In this document: piece by piece, positions 1 to 12,290 of the stretch
How positions within the stretch are numbered: the first letter of the stretch is position 1
Layout of the letters: each line of letters begins with the position of its first letter
Assembly: GCA_964016885.1 (NCBI GenBank)
Contig: OZ024755.1
Location: 20,584,001-20,648,000 of the forward strand
Source of the DNA: Eledone cirrhosa
Taxonomy: Eukaryota
Direction: 5' to 3'
Length of the DNA: 64,000 nucleotides
Program-made: the position numbers and the translations under genes
The notes under the pieces: model-generated
Told to the model about the DNA's origin: nothing
Database searches by the model: none
Seen by the model: the letters and a program-made list of their open reading frames with translations, nothing else

Positions 1-382
1 AGTTAACCTCGGTGGGATTTGAACTCAGACCATAAAGGTGCTCCAAAGCATGGTGTCCGACCCTCTACTGGTACTACCAATTTCATGGTATAAACTCTTT
101 ATTTGACACATTGTGTTAGGCCATAAGATGCAGCAGATTTTCCTACATTCAGCTATACATTAGTCCTCAGACTGAATTGCTTAGACTGACTAAAGTCTTG
201 TGAGTATAGCTTTGCTTGGCTGTCATTTTTATGTCCTATTTTGACTATTCTGATAAGCTTCTTAGATATGTATAGGGCTGGGCTTTCACCTGCTGAGGCC
301 CTAAGCTATATGAAATTTGAGGCCCTTATCTAAAAAAATATAATTAATTTTTTTTATATTAATGCTAATGATAAATAATAAA

Positions 383-710
383 GGGTGTGTGGCCCTGAGC
401 TATAGCTTATAGGTGAATCTAGCACTGACTACACTGAGCCCCCCACCAAGGGTGTGAGGCCCTAAGCCATAGCTTATTTAACTTATAAGTCCAGCACTGG
501 CTACAGTGAGTCCCCTCCCGAGAATGTGTGGCCTTAAGCTATCGTTTAATTAGCTTATCGGTAAGTCCAGCACTGGCTACAGTGAGTCCCTCTCCTCACG
601 GTTTGTGGCCCTAAGCTATAGCTTATAGTTAAGTCCAGCACTGGCTACACTGAGGCCCCCACCGAAGGTGAGGGGCCCTAAGCTATAGTTTATAGGTAAG
701 CTAAGCATTG
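383..710. repeat. Minisatellite, about 58-bp unit, 5-6 copies
   Basis: Recurring GGCCCTAAGCTATAGCTTATAGGTAAGTCCAGCACTGGCTACA(C/G)TGAG. Confidence 0.85.
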
Positions 711-2103
711 AATATATGAAGCCATTGACATTTGTAATGAGAGGAACAGGATTGTTTTTAAGGTACTGATGTTAAGACATCTTTACATTAAGTTAAGTAT
801 ATCAGTTTTCTTCTGTAGATGATCTCACCTTAAGAAGACGATTGCTAGGAAACCTGCACAGTTAAGATCATCTAAAATAGAAGAAAATTCTCTCCTGGCT
901 TCCTCTGGCTTTAACTGATGTCATAAACATGGTTTAGGCAATGGTAACTAGGAGGATAGTGAAGAGGATAGGATACAGTTCTGTCGCACACTGGATTCCC
1001 CCGAAAACCATTCAGAGTGTTTCATTATCAAAAAGCACCCAGTCCACCCTGTAAAGTGGTCATGTTGGTGACACAACAAAAAGTACCCTCTCTATGTTGT
1101 AAATGTGATTGGCATGAGGAAGGGCATCCAGCCATAGAAAGCAAGCCAGAAATGGTTCTGTATAAGCAAGGCATAGTCACCTGATCTGAGTTGACTCAGA
1201 ATGTCAGAACGACTTGTCTAACCCATGCTAGCATGTAAAATGGATGTTAAACCATGATGATTCAAATTGCTTAAAGAACAAATTTATCGGAGCAAAAATT
1301 TTCTCAAGGGACTCCATACAATCTTAAGATCTCCCAGTGGATCTCTCTAGGTGTTCTTGTCAGAACCTGTTCCTCAGTCTATAAAACTAATGTTGAAGGT
1401 ACATTTCACTCAAGGTTGATGATGTTTCTTAGTGCCAAGTTCTGATCAAGGAATCATCTTGAGCCAAGGAATAGACAGAATAACCATTCCTGAAGCTAAG
1501 ATATAAAATAAGAGCATGGAATGTATGCACAGTCAATAAGGTATCAAAATCAACCAAAATATTGAGAAAAGTGAAAAAGTAGTAACTAGACATTTTTGGG
1601 GTCAATAAGTGTCATTTGGAGTGAATCTAGATACCAAATGACATACACTTGATCATTTGATCCTTTGGGACCTGAGAGCTAAAGTAGGGGATGACAATCC
1701 TAATTATATGGGGAAACCAGAACACAGATATACAAAGTGGTGAACTGCTAAAGTATTCATTTCTAATTTAGGCACAAGGCTTGTAAATTTTGGGGAAAAG
1801 CAAAGTTGATGAAATCAACCCCAGTTATTTACTGATACTTTAGTTTATTGACCCTTGAAGGGTCAATAAACTAAAGTATCAGTTGACCTTAGTGGGATTT
1901 GACCTCTGAATGTAAGGAGCCAGAACAAATACCATAGTGGACTTTTATAGTATGTGCTGGGTGCTTCTTTGTCATGTTTGCATATATATCATCATCATCA
2001 TCATCATCGTTTAACGTCCATCTTCCACGCTAGCATGGGTTTGGATATATATATATGCATGTATGTATAAATATATATTTATATGTATGTGTGTACATAT
2101 ATG

Positions 2104-2151
<48 letters not shown>

Positions 2152-2388
2152 AAGACAGAGAAAGAGAGATTGTGAGTTACCAGTTTAGACTAGTTAAGAC
2201 CATGTTCAGCGAAGTTCTCAATACTTGAGAAAGTAATATGTATGTACTTTAAATAGTTAGTGCCTGCCAGCTAAGATCACATGGAAACACCTAGAGCTCT
2301 ACTTTAACACAGTTATATATAAAATTTATTATGATCTTAATGTGTATTTTTCACATTTTGAAATAGAATCTTGCAGTTTCACAACACA

Positions 2389-2602
2389 CCAGTGTATCGA
2401 GGTAGTCTGTGGTAACCACTGGCCTAATATAATGCAAATATAAACAGATTCTTGTTCTTTCAGGACACAACCATGTACTGAGGTAGTGTGGTACCCACTG
2501 GCTTAATATAATGTAAGTATAAACAGATTCTTGTTCTTTCAGGACACAACCATATATCAAGATGTGTTTGGTAACCACTGGCCTAATAAAATGTAAATAT
2601 AA
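2389..2602. repeat. Tandem repeat, about 79-bp unit, about 2.5 copies
   Basis: GGTAACCACTGGCCTAATATAATG..ATAAACAGATTCTTGTTCTTTCAGGACACAACCA is repeated. Confidence 0.8.
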
Positions 2603-4525
2603 ATATTTACATCATTTTACTTCCGTTCTTATTCTAACGTTTATGTGTTATCCAATACTAATAGTTATTTATATCATATTCACGGAATGTAATCTATCTA
2701 GGCATCATTTTTTGTAAATTATCCATATCGTTACAACATTTTTCCTTTTCCCTGTTTTTGTCTAATCTATATCAAATATAAGATTTATAAACGATAAAAT
2801 AAGTTATATAAAAAAAAAACCCATCCCATAATTACTTCCTTTAGATTTGTTTCATGTAAAACACTGAGATCTGAAGACACATTTGACGGTTTAAATGTTA
2901 TTAAAATCGGTGTGTCTGATAGTACATATAGTATATATAAGTCAGGAACACTCGAAGAGATAGTTTAAAATCATATGTACACAAGTAATATCTTTTAACT
3001 TTCATCCGTAAACGTATGTTGTCGCTGTACTATTTATTATACATATTGAAATAAAACAAACCCTAGTAGGGTAGGAGAGAGACAGAGGCGATGTCAGTGT
3101 TCGGACCTGGTGTACATGTGTTTGTATTTTTACACCATCGACCCTAATTTACTGTATTTTAAGGTACCAGTCCCAGGAACTATTGTTTACGATATATTTC
3201 CTTCTGTTACTCGTTACTCGACTTAAATATCAAGTATACTTGAAAGAAATATAACAGTTAATTTCTTTTATGACAACCAGTTTATTTAGGGATAATTTAT
3301 GCCACATCCACATTCCCACTCTTTCACAGTACATAACCTGTTCTGCGAGCAGAAAAGCAAATGCGGAATTATGTTGTTTTGAGAAACTTAATACATAACT
3401 GGACATTTTTGAAACGGAAGAATGGACACAATTATCTCCGGTAGTATCTCTCAAGCAAGCATATAACAAGATTTCTAGAAAACAAACTACGTCATGAAAA
3501 TATTGCAGTAGTCGGAGGGGAAATATATATATGATACGTAGTTTACTGCCGCCAAGTTGCGAGTACCTGCACACTAATACATACACATGGGTGCCCGCAA
3601 TTACACACGTACACACAGATTGAAGAAGTAAAAGATTTGTAGCTGTCTATATTGGATGTTGTTCAAATTTTAGTTGTACCCAGTGAAATAGTTAAGTAAT
3701 CTTAAAAATAAGAAATCGTATATTTTGGGACATTTTTCAAGTGTTTATCTGCGTTCTGCGTGTGTATTTAAGTATGTATGAACTAAGATATTTAAACTCC
3801 TGAAACATTTCTAAGATTTTCACGAGGAATATAGAGACTTGAAATAAATACAAGTACTGAACCTTTTAAATTTTACATATGTTATTAATTCAGAATATTT
3901 TTTTTCATAAAAGATAAACAAAACAAGTCAAAGTCAAAATGTCTTCCTCAAAGTTCACAATAAATTCTTACCTAACTCATTTTAAAAAACAAGGGTTTAG
4001 TGATTTATTAATTTCCTTTAAAGTTGTGCTAATCGAAAAAAAGTTTTACAAGTTTTTCTTTTAAATTGCAAGTTAAATAACTTACCTCTTATATTGTAAA
4101 TTGCTTAATGTACAGTTTTGTCCAATCTAATGTCATTAGATAATTAGCGACTATTTTCACTTGTGTGTGTGTGTGTGTTTATTATTTTTTTTTCTCATAC
4201 ATTATTAATATTACTATTCTTTTAGTAATTTTAGAATAATAACTTGAATTTGTTTCTCTTTTGATACAAAGGATTATTAATCACATTTTTTTTAATTATT
4301 TGTTTACAAAAATAAATTTGGCAAACGTCGTTGTGTCCGTTTCTCGAAACTGTTTATCTTTTTTCGTGAGGGATTTCAATATATGTAAGTTTCTTTCTTC
4401 TTTTTTTCCGTTTTCAAATTGTTTTGCATTTTTATTTTGAATTTAATTTTTGTAATTAGTTTGGGATCATAAAAGATTCTTATATCTTCTAAAAACGAAG
4501 ATAAAAATATCAGAAACAGTATGAT

Positions 4526-4903
4526 TCAGTCATCCCAAGTGATGCTGTTATAATGAGGATATGATTCTCGCACCAGCTCTGTTGTGATTGAGTGATCAGC
4601 TTGGCCATATCCTTGCGATCGACCGTATACATGAATTGATCCAACCTCGGGTAAGTGCTCCATCTTACCACCACCAACACAAATACAGTTTAGACCATGG
4701 ATTTCAAGTTCAGCATCCACCAAGTCGAAAATGTCTGCATGAAATTTAGCGATATTAGAACCGCGGACGATGTACTGGAAGTCTTTAGGGTTGTTTCCAT
4801 CGTATACTTTGCATAGGACATACTTGCTGAATCCTTGTTCTCCGATGTCCACTATAGGTACCCCAATTAGTTTAGGGTTTGGTGGAATCGTTTTGGCAGG
4901 CAT
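4526..4903 (-). CDS. PHPT1: 14 kDa phosphohistidine phosphatase (PHPT1 / janus-ocnus family), intronless, 125 aa
   Basis: The ORF carries the family motifs VDI-G-x-KYVL, IVRG, FHADIFD (equivalent to catalytic His53 in human EYHADIYD), C-x-GGG, IHVYGRSQGYGQADH and YP-Y-ITW. Complete ATG to TGA with no introns. Confidence 0.93.
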   Translation of the reverse strand: MPAKTIPPNPKLIGVPIVDIGEQGFSKYVLCKVYDGNNPKDFQYIVRGSNIAKFHADIFDLVDAELEIHGLNCICVGGGKMEHLPEVGSIHVYGRSQGYGQADHSITTELVRESYPHYNSITWDD

Positions 4904-7900
4904 TTGTCAAAAGCTTACGACGGATTACCACGAGCTTGTCACGAACAGAGAATCTGGGCTACTGACGTTTGTTTGAATCTCGTAGCAGTGGTTGTGATAC
5001 AGCAGCTAGTAGCTGTAACAACATAGCCAAATGTTTATTGCTTACACTTGTGGTTGTTGCTTATTGCTAGGAATATAACTTCGTCTCGAGAAATTCTTCG
5101 TACAAGGTCAGACAGCTGAAAGTAATATGGCTTGGGGGTTAGTCTGTATATGAACTGTGAAAATTGAAAAACATAAATAAACCATTGAACGAACATGCTT
5201 AGTTGAATGGACAAGGAAACAACTTGATTACTAATTAATGAATTTAGAATAAAATTGAAACTTGTCACTGGCTTTTTTTTGTTCCTCATATATTTTATTA
5301 CTTTGTCAGCTGAGGAGTAGCAATGTTCCATGACCTCCCGAGCGAATGAGATTGAATGTGGTTGATGTTCGGTTTAGCAAAACCGCCACCCAAAAAAGAC
5401 GTGAACTGGGGATGAGTTCCATTGGACTGCAGTTCTGAGAATTTTAAAAAGTGTTTGAAGCAGGATCAGGCGTCGGAGAAGAAGGGGATGATATATGAAT
5501 GACCAAAAAGATCAGAGACTATTGGGTTTATCATGTGGTGGAACTAAGCTGAAATTGTATTGAGCTTTCATAACATCAGATCAGAGAAGTTCTTGTACTA
5601 GCGGTAAAAGAGAACTGGACGAAGAAACAGAACGTTTATTGTTGTCTATTTGTGAGTATGTCATTAATAATCAACCCAATGGCCTTCTTTGGAGCGTGAT
5701 CTAGGGTGTCTATGTGTGTGTCAAGCAACAGAGCCGTCTTATGTATATGGCCAATGTGTGTCTTGAAGACGGTCTGTCATAAGGTGATTATTGCTGAAGT
5801 ATGTTCTAAATTTGAATAGGATGTTTCATATAAACAGTACAATAACGTAAATAAATTTTAAGTATTCTTTAGCAAAATGTGATCTCATATCTAACAATTA
5901 ATGAACTGCTTTGCAATACCATTTAAATATTTCAAATCAGTGGTGTAACTTTGAACCGCAATATCGCTTTTATCTAATTTCAGTTCAGTATATATTAAAA
6001 CTTAAAAAGGAATTCGATATCTACTATCTTCTCCGAGGAGATGCATCTCTGGCTCATAGATATTAACTAAGTATGTACTTCGACTAATTCGCTACCAATT
6101 GAAACGTTTTCATTGAAACTAATATAGGAGAAATGTTACCGAAAATACATTTTTGAAATGTTGTTAAACAGCAATACAGAAATAGAAAATAGAAAGCGCG
6201 AAAGCTTTCGTTTACTAAAAATGTACAGATTTAATTCATCCGTTTGTTTATGTGATTTCATTTGTCAGTCTAAGGAGGTAGCTAGCATTATCTGTAAACT
6301 TCCTAGGTTCTTGCATTACTGAGAACAGTTGATGTGATTAAGATTTAGTTTGAATTGTATTTTATAATTTGTGGTTGATTGGAGAGGATGGACAGGAATG
6401 GGAATTTATTGAGAGTCAGTTGTGGCAAAACAAAAAGTTGAACAAGGTCTGGAAGGTGAGTAACAATATGCCGAAAAAGAACGATTGCAAATTGAATAAA
6501 CGAACCAATGACACCTGTCTAGCGTAGGGTACGGGTTAGGTTGGTTAGGATTTAAAAAATAACGAGTGCTACCCCCCGCGCTTTCGTGTAACTGAAAAAC
6601 GAATGATATCTGGCAGTTTTAAAGGTCAGATTCGTTCAAAACACACTAAAAAAAAAACGTAAAAAAGATTGTAATGAAATCTCAGAGGGTGGGAAACTCC
6701 GAGGTTCACCATCACCCAGTTTCCTCTCTCCGATATCTGAAAAATAAGTTATTTCCGGTGGGTTTGGAAAGCAAAATCGTTGAAAACACATGGAAAAAAA
6801 CAAAACAATGTCTACCCGAACCCGAGATTTGGGTTCATGTAAAACAATCACCGAAGAAACAAATTTCTAAGAAGAAAAGAAAGGTATAACCTCACAGTCT
6901 TATTACATTACATTAGTTAGCAGAGAACACAACTTGGTCGACAATGAGTAGAAAATAACATTGTATTTTGTTCTCAAAACTGATGTCCTCTTGAAGCTGG
7001 CAAGTGTTAAAATAGTAAGTAGAAAATGTTTTGCTTAAATCCATTTTTTTTTCTTTGACAAGATTAACGAGAGTCACCATAAAAAGAAACTATTATCCTT
7101 GATAGCAGTGATTATAGGACTACGAATAACTGAATCGGCATCTTGCCTAATAAACAGAAATTACAATTTAGTATTGTACTGCAGCATGTTCGCATTTTCA
7201 AAATCTTTTGGGGAGTTGAGCATACACAAAAAATCCTATACGAGGGAGGTTTCAGCTGGAATGTTGGTTCGGGGCTCTCAGAGCAAAAGTTGGGCTCATT
7301 AACATCTAATGCCCAACCCAAAAATAAAACACAGAACCCAGGAATTTTGAGACAAGCTCTCTTTTCTTCAGAACTTGGAGACAGTCATGTTCCGCCTTGC
7401 TCAATTTCTCCCAGAGGTTCTGGCTTCACATTTGATTTTGTTAAGACTTTGGTGCAGATTCACTGAATATCGTTAGGAAGCGCAAACTATAATATTACAT
7501 TCTCTTATACATACATTTATATTTCTGTATACCTGTATTAAAATTAACTACAACGATATATACTAAGAAGAACAATTCAAAAATACCATGCAATAAATTC
7601 TCACAGAAGTTTTTTCTGGTGTCAGATTCCGTTTGGTTTAAAGACAGTCAAGTTTCTGCTATTTGGCAAAGAACCAAAGATTTTAAAAGCTAAGGATAGA
7701 AGAATTGCCAAGCGACATAATGTGAATGGTAAAACAATAGTATTAATGTCTTATCTAGAAGAACGAAAGATGTGTGATGAGAGAAGTTCGATATATATAT
7801 ATATATAAGATTCTAGTAATCTGACTGACTACCAATAATCTCCAGGAATTTTCTGAAAATCTTTAATATGCATAAAAGACGGAATATATAACAATCTTAG

Positions 7901-8730
7901 AGTATCTCAATTAAGTAATATATTCTCGTGTGTAATAGTGAAAACTTGAAACTTCTATACCAGTTGTGGACAACAAAGAAAAAAAACCTTGTAAGTTGTA
8001 ACTGAAGAAAGATAATCAAAATATGGTCACCTGGAAAAATGGTTGACAATCTTTGATATGTATAAAAGATGAAGCATATAACTATCTCAAAAAATCTGTT
8101 CACATTTTATTTCCAAAATATATCCAAGATTTTCGTATATAATAGTAAACAATGGAATATTCTATGCCAGTTGTGGACAACAAATAAAGCAATTTGTAGA
8201 TTCCTTAGGAAAGAAATATTAGTAAAAGTTTTGCCATTTGGACGAACGAATGTTAATCATGTACTAGGTTAACAGTTTAAATAATTATTTTAACTCTTTG
8301 TAGATACGTATAAAAGGGATAAAGATCCCATAACTGGTTGTAGAGGCACCGTCAAACGGTGAGTCTAGGGAACTTTTAAACCTGGCGGAGCCCAATCCTC
8401 TCCAGGTTTGAATACAGCCGATTTTTCTATAGAGGAAGAATGGACACCGGTACTGGACCGGGGTCATTAATTTGGAGTTCAGTATTCAAATTTAGTTCAA
8501 AGAAAGAAATGAACTTAGGATGGGCAAAGAAAAAAAAAAAATCAAGCATCTTAAAATATAAACTTAAAACATTTATGAAAATAAATTTATACCGGGTTCG
8601 TCACCAAGAAATGGGGAGAGGGGAGCCATTGAAAGACACTGCTCTCCCCTACTTTTCAGTGGTGCACCATCAGATTTGCGGTGATATGCTTATTCCGGAA
8701 TGAATGGTTAGGAAATAAATTATATATATA

Positions 8731-9046
8731 TAGGCGCGTGGCTTTGTGATTAGGGTATTAGGGCCACAATCGTAACTTGATGAGTTCGATCCCCGGCGGC
8801 ACGTTGTGTCCTTGAGCAAGACACATTATTTCACGTTCTTCCAGTCCACTTAGCTTGCAAAAATGAGTTGTGCTTGTAATTCGAATTGGCCAGCCTTGTC
8901 ACATTCCGTGTCACGCTGAATCTCCCTGAGGACTACGTTAAGGATACGCATGTCTGTGGAAGCTCAGCCACTTGCACTTTAATTTCAGCAACAGGCTGTT
9001 CCGTTGATGGTATCAACTGGAACACTCGTAGTCGTAACCGACGGGT
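8731..9046 (+). mobile_element. Second tRNA-derived SINE family
   Basis: GGCGCGTGGC..GAGTTCGATCCCCGG head and TGTGTCCTTGAGCAAGACAC core; related copies at 12946-13270 (-), 31140-31420 (+), 23455-23600 (-) and 47840-47985 (-). Confidence 0.7.
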
Positions 9047-9099
9047 GCAATATATATTATAATAATAATAATAATGCAAATAATAAATATGCAAAGTAA

Positions 9100-9535
9100 A
9101 CAATTTTCCACATTCTGAGAAGTGGTATGAGCATAAGCCAGAGTCGGTGATAGAAAACGATCAGGTGAAGGTGCTGTGGGATTTTAGGATACAGACGGAC
9201 AAGAAACTGGAACACAATAGACCTGACCTGGTGGTTTTGGACAAAGAAAAAAGATCGTGCCTGATTGTGGATGTGGCCTGCCCATTCAACACGAGAGTGC
9301 AAGAGAAGGAGAGGGAGAAAATTAACCGATACCAGGACTTAAAGTGGGAGGTAAAAAGGATTTGGAACTGCCATGAACACGCTTCAAAAGGCATGCTTGC
9401 TGGGAACAGCAAGAACCCTCCGATACGTCCTGAATATCTGAGGCTGCAGGTAGTGGCTTGATATTCATTTCAACAAACTTTCCAGTTAATAACATCAATG
9501 ACTGAGACTCAAAGAACAATAATAATAATAATAAT
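9100..9535 (+). mobile_element. 5'-truncated R4/Dong-like non-LTR retrotransposon (restriction-like endonuclease, 3' end)
   Basis: ORF 9147-9461: KVLWDFRIQTDKKLEHNRPDLVVLDKEKRSCLIVDVACP...KINRYQDL (PD-D RLE motif); (AAT)n on both sides. Confidence 0.8.
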
Positions 9536-9736
9536 AATATTTATACTTATATATATATAATAATATTATTTATACTTATATATATTTATATTATTTATAC
9601 TTATACGGTCTGAGTTCAAATCTCGCCGAGGTTAACTTTGCCATTCATCCTTACGGGGTCGATAAAATAAAGTACCAGTAATACACTGGAAGAAATTGCT
9701 GGCCTTGTGCCAAAAGTAGAAACAATTATTTATACT

Positions 9737-9778
<42 letters not shown>

Positions 9779-9779
<1 letters not shown>

Positions 9780-9828
9780 CAGGCTGAATGAGTTGGGGCG
9801 TATAACCCAACGAAACCTAAGTACGTGT
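9779..9828 (+). ncRNA. Hammerhead ribozyme variant (one extra core nucleotide)
   Basis: ACAGG-CTGAATGA-GTTGGGgcgtataaCCCAAC-GAAA-cctaag-TA-CGTGT; perfect 6-bp stem II, one mismatch in stem I, flanked by (TA)n on both sides. Confidence 0.6.
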
Positions 9829-12132
9829 ATATGTCACTGCTGTAAGTAATTATATATATATATATACATCCACACATGTATGGAGACACCCAAAAAATGT
9901 ATACACACTTCAACAGCATTCTAATAAATACTGCCTATACAGGTAATCAAAGTAAATATTTTTGCAGGAAACCCTGTGTGTGTGTGTGTATGTGTATATA
10001 TGAAGTTAACAGATTGTTTTTTGTTTTTAAATTGCTAAAATTCCCCTTTCACGTAGTAAATACATAAAGAAATACGAAAGATATATACAACAAAGGAGAG
10101 ACGTATAAAGTTATTGTATATTAGTAACCAACTGACATTTATATAACTAAATATTAACCTTGTTATTATCCGCGGTAATGAATCGAGGTTTTTGGTTTAC
10201 CTCAATTTTACCCGAGTGGGTACTTGGTTGTTCCAGTGCCTCAGACTCGCTATCACCCGCCGTAATGTTACCAGTGTGTTAGCTTGCTTCAAAATGTATT
10301 AGAGGGAGCTCCGGTATTCCTTGTAGTGTGTGACCGACTGACACATTTAGTGTTTGCTTAATATTTTCTTTTGTTTTGATTGTATATTTTCAAATGAAAT
10401 ATTTATGTAATTACTAGAAATATACGTGTGTGTGTTGATTTTTGACAGCTATAGCATTTGTGTTTGTAATTTTAAACTATCTATATTACCAGCATATTAG
10501 TTGCAGAAAAAATGTGAACTTTGCTATTATGTAATTCCATCTACATCGTTTATTTCGATAAAATAAAATCTATTCCTATAAAATATTTAGTACATTTTGA
10601 TACGCATTCTATATGAAATAGATTACATGCAAAAAGAAATTGAGAGTGACCTACCTTGATATTGATCTCTTACGTTTAAAGTCAAATAAATTTAATCAAC
10701 TTAATGTGAACATGTAAACTTAATATAAACATTTTTCTTTCAGCGACGGAGAGCAAATATCTTTACTAAGCCTCTTGATGTAAGTACTGGTATAAACCAT
10801 CCTAAATATAATTTTCTTGTATCAAAGCAATTTCTACAATCAGGATTTAAAAAAAAAAAAAAAATCCTTTCTATAAACGATGTATATTTTAAATTGTCAG
10901 GCGTAAAGAATCGATCGATATGTCAATAATGAAAGTAAACAACACTAATGAATATAATACTTTCATTATTTAATACTCTGGATCTTTAATAAAGACATAA
11001 CACTGAATTTCCGATGGTTTGGTACCTCTTTTTATCCGGATATAATTATAGGTTCACCTTTAAATTTCCCGCGAGCTGTTGACTGATTCATTCATGTGAG
11101 GCTATTATCGCGTAGCAGCATTAGATTTAATTTTAAACATTTGTGTCGTTATATTGTCGTATTTGAGACGTAAGAAGTCTGTTTCCTATTTCGTAATATC
11201 TTTCTTGTAAAATATATAGTTCGGCATGACGGATAATCCGGCACAGATCTGGAACCAAGTGTGTCGGAAAATCGGTGTTGTATTTTGTACTAATGGAATA
11301 GTTTGTTTTTTGTTTTGTTTTGTTTTTTTTTGCTATTTTTTATACGAATATAATAACTGTTTATTAATATCACTTGAATATATACACACAAATAATATAT
11401 ACGGTACTTAATTACATAAATATTTCACATAGAAATATAAAAATCAAAACGAAAGAAAATTTTAAGTCAAAACTATGTCAATCGGTCACACATCACAAGG
11501 GGTGACGGACCTCTCTCTAATACTTTTTAAGGCAAGCCGACACACTCTCAAGGCACTGGAACAACCAAGCACCCTCATGGACACCACTTAATACCTCGGT
11601 AAGGCGAACCGCCAACGATGACAAGACATTCGTTGTCAGTGGCCCAGCTCCCCTCTCATGTCTCGAACGCCACAGGCTATATAATATATATATATACATA
11701 CTTTGCTGATAATACTCTATATTTTATAATTTTATTCCTTTCGGTTACAGATGCAGTGGAGGATATATCCCAAAGGGACTCTCTTCATACTTAAAATACA
11801 ATATATTTCTGTTAACTTCTATCTACCTTATATTTTTATTATTATTCCGCAACCATGTAGACTATTTATTCATGTAATCCATTTAAACGTCCGTATAGAG
11901 CCATGACAGACGGGAAAGTATCTAGTACTTAAGTGAATATAAACATTTTAAATATTTTCTGCAACCCTCTAGTCTATATATTTGTTTATTTTCTATCTAG
12001 TTTATATATGTAATATTTTTCTGCAACCCTCTAGACTATATATGTATGTTTACTTCTATCTAGCTTATATTTCTTATTGTGTTCTGTCTAGTTTATCTCA
12101 GCCACATCTCATACTATTGCACCTTTAAAGAA

Positions 12133-12290
12133 ATGGATCAACTTACTGAACAATTAGCTGAGACTGTTCAAGTAAAATTTGAACCCAATTCAACTGATGC
12201 GGTACATCCCCGTCTTATGCAATATAAATGTAGGAAGAGTATTCTGGATCAAAATGAACGACGTCGAAGGATATTAAACATACAAAAACA
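12133..12290 (+). CDS. SNUPN: SNUPN coding exon 1 (IBB-like region)
   Basis: MDQLTEQLA...HPRLMQYK...ILNIQK; donor GTAAGT at 12291. Confidence 0.9.

Noticed and set aside
125-180. Minus-strand CTGAGGA...GAAA hammerhead-like core
   Set aside because: No valid stem III or UH geometry and only a 3-bp stem II; probably chance.
383-710. CRISPR-like repeat with variable inserts
   Set aside because: Eukaryotic context, no cas genes, and the variable parts are homologous to each other; it is a minisatellite.
2200-2256. Hairpin plus GAAAGTA..TACTT resembling a hammerhead 3' half (similar at about 11880-11936)
   Set aside because: CUGANGA is not recognisable in either; at most heavily decayed relics.
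3230-3616. 128-aa minus-strand ORF and neighbouring ORFs at 5035-8703
   Set aside because: No recognisable domain or consistent splice structure; may be decayed coding or transposon sequence but unsupported.
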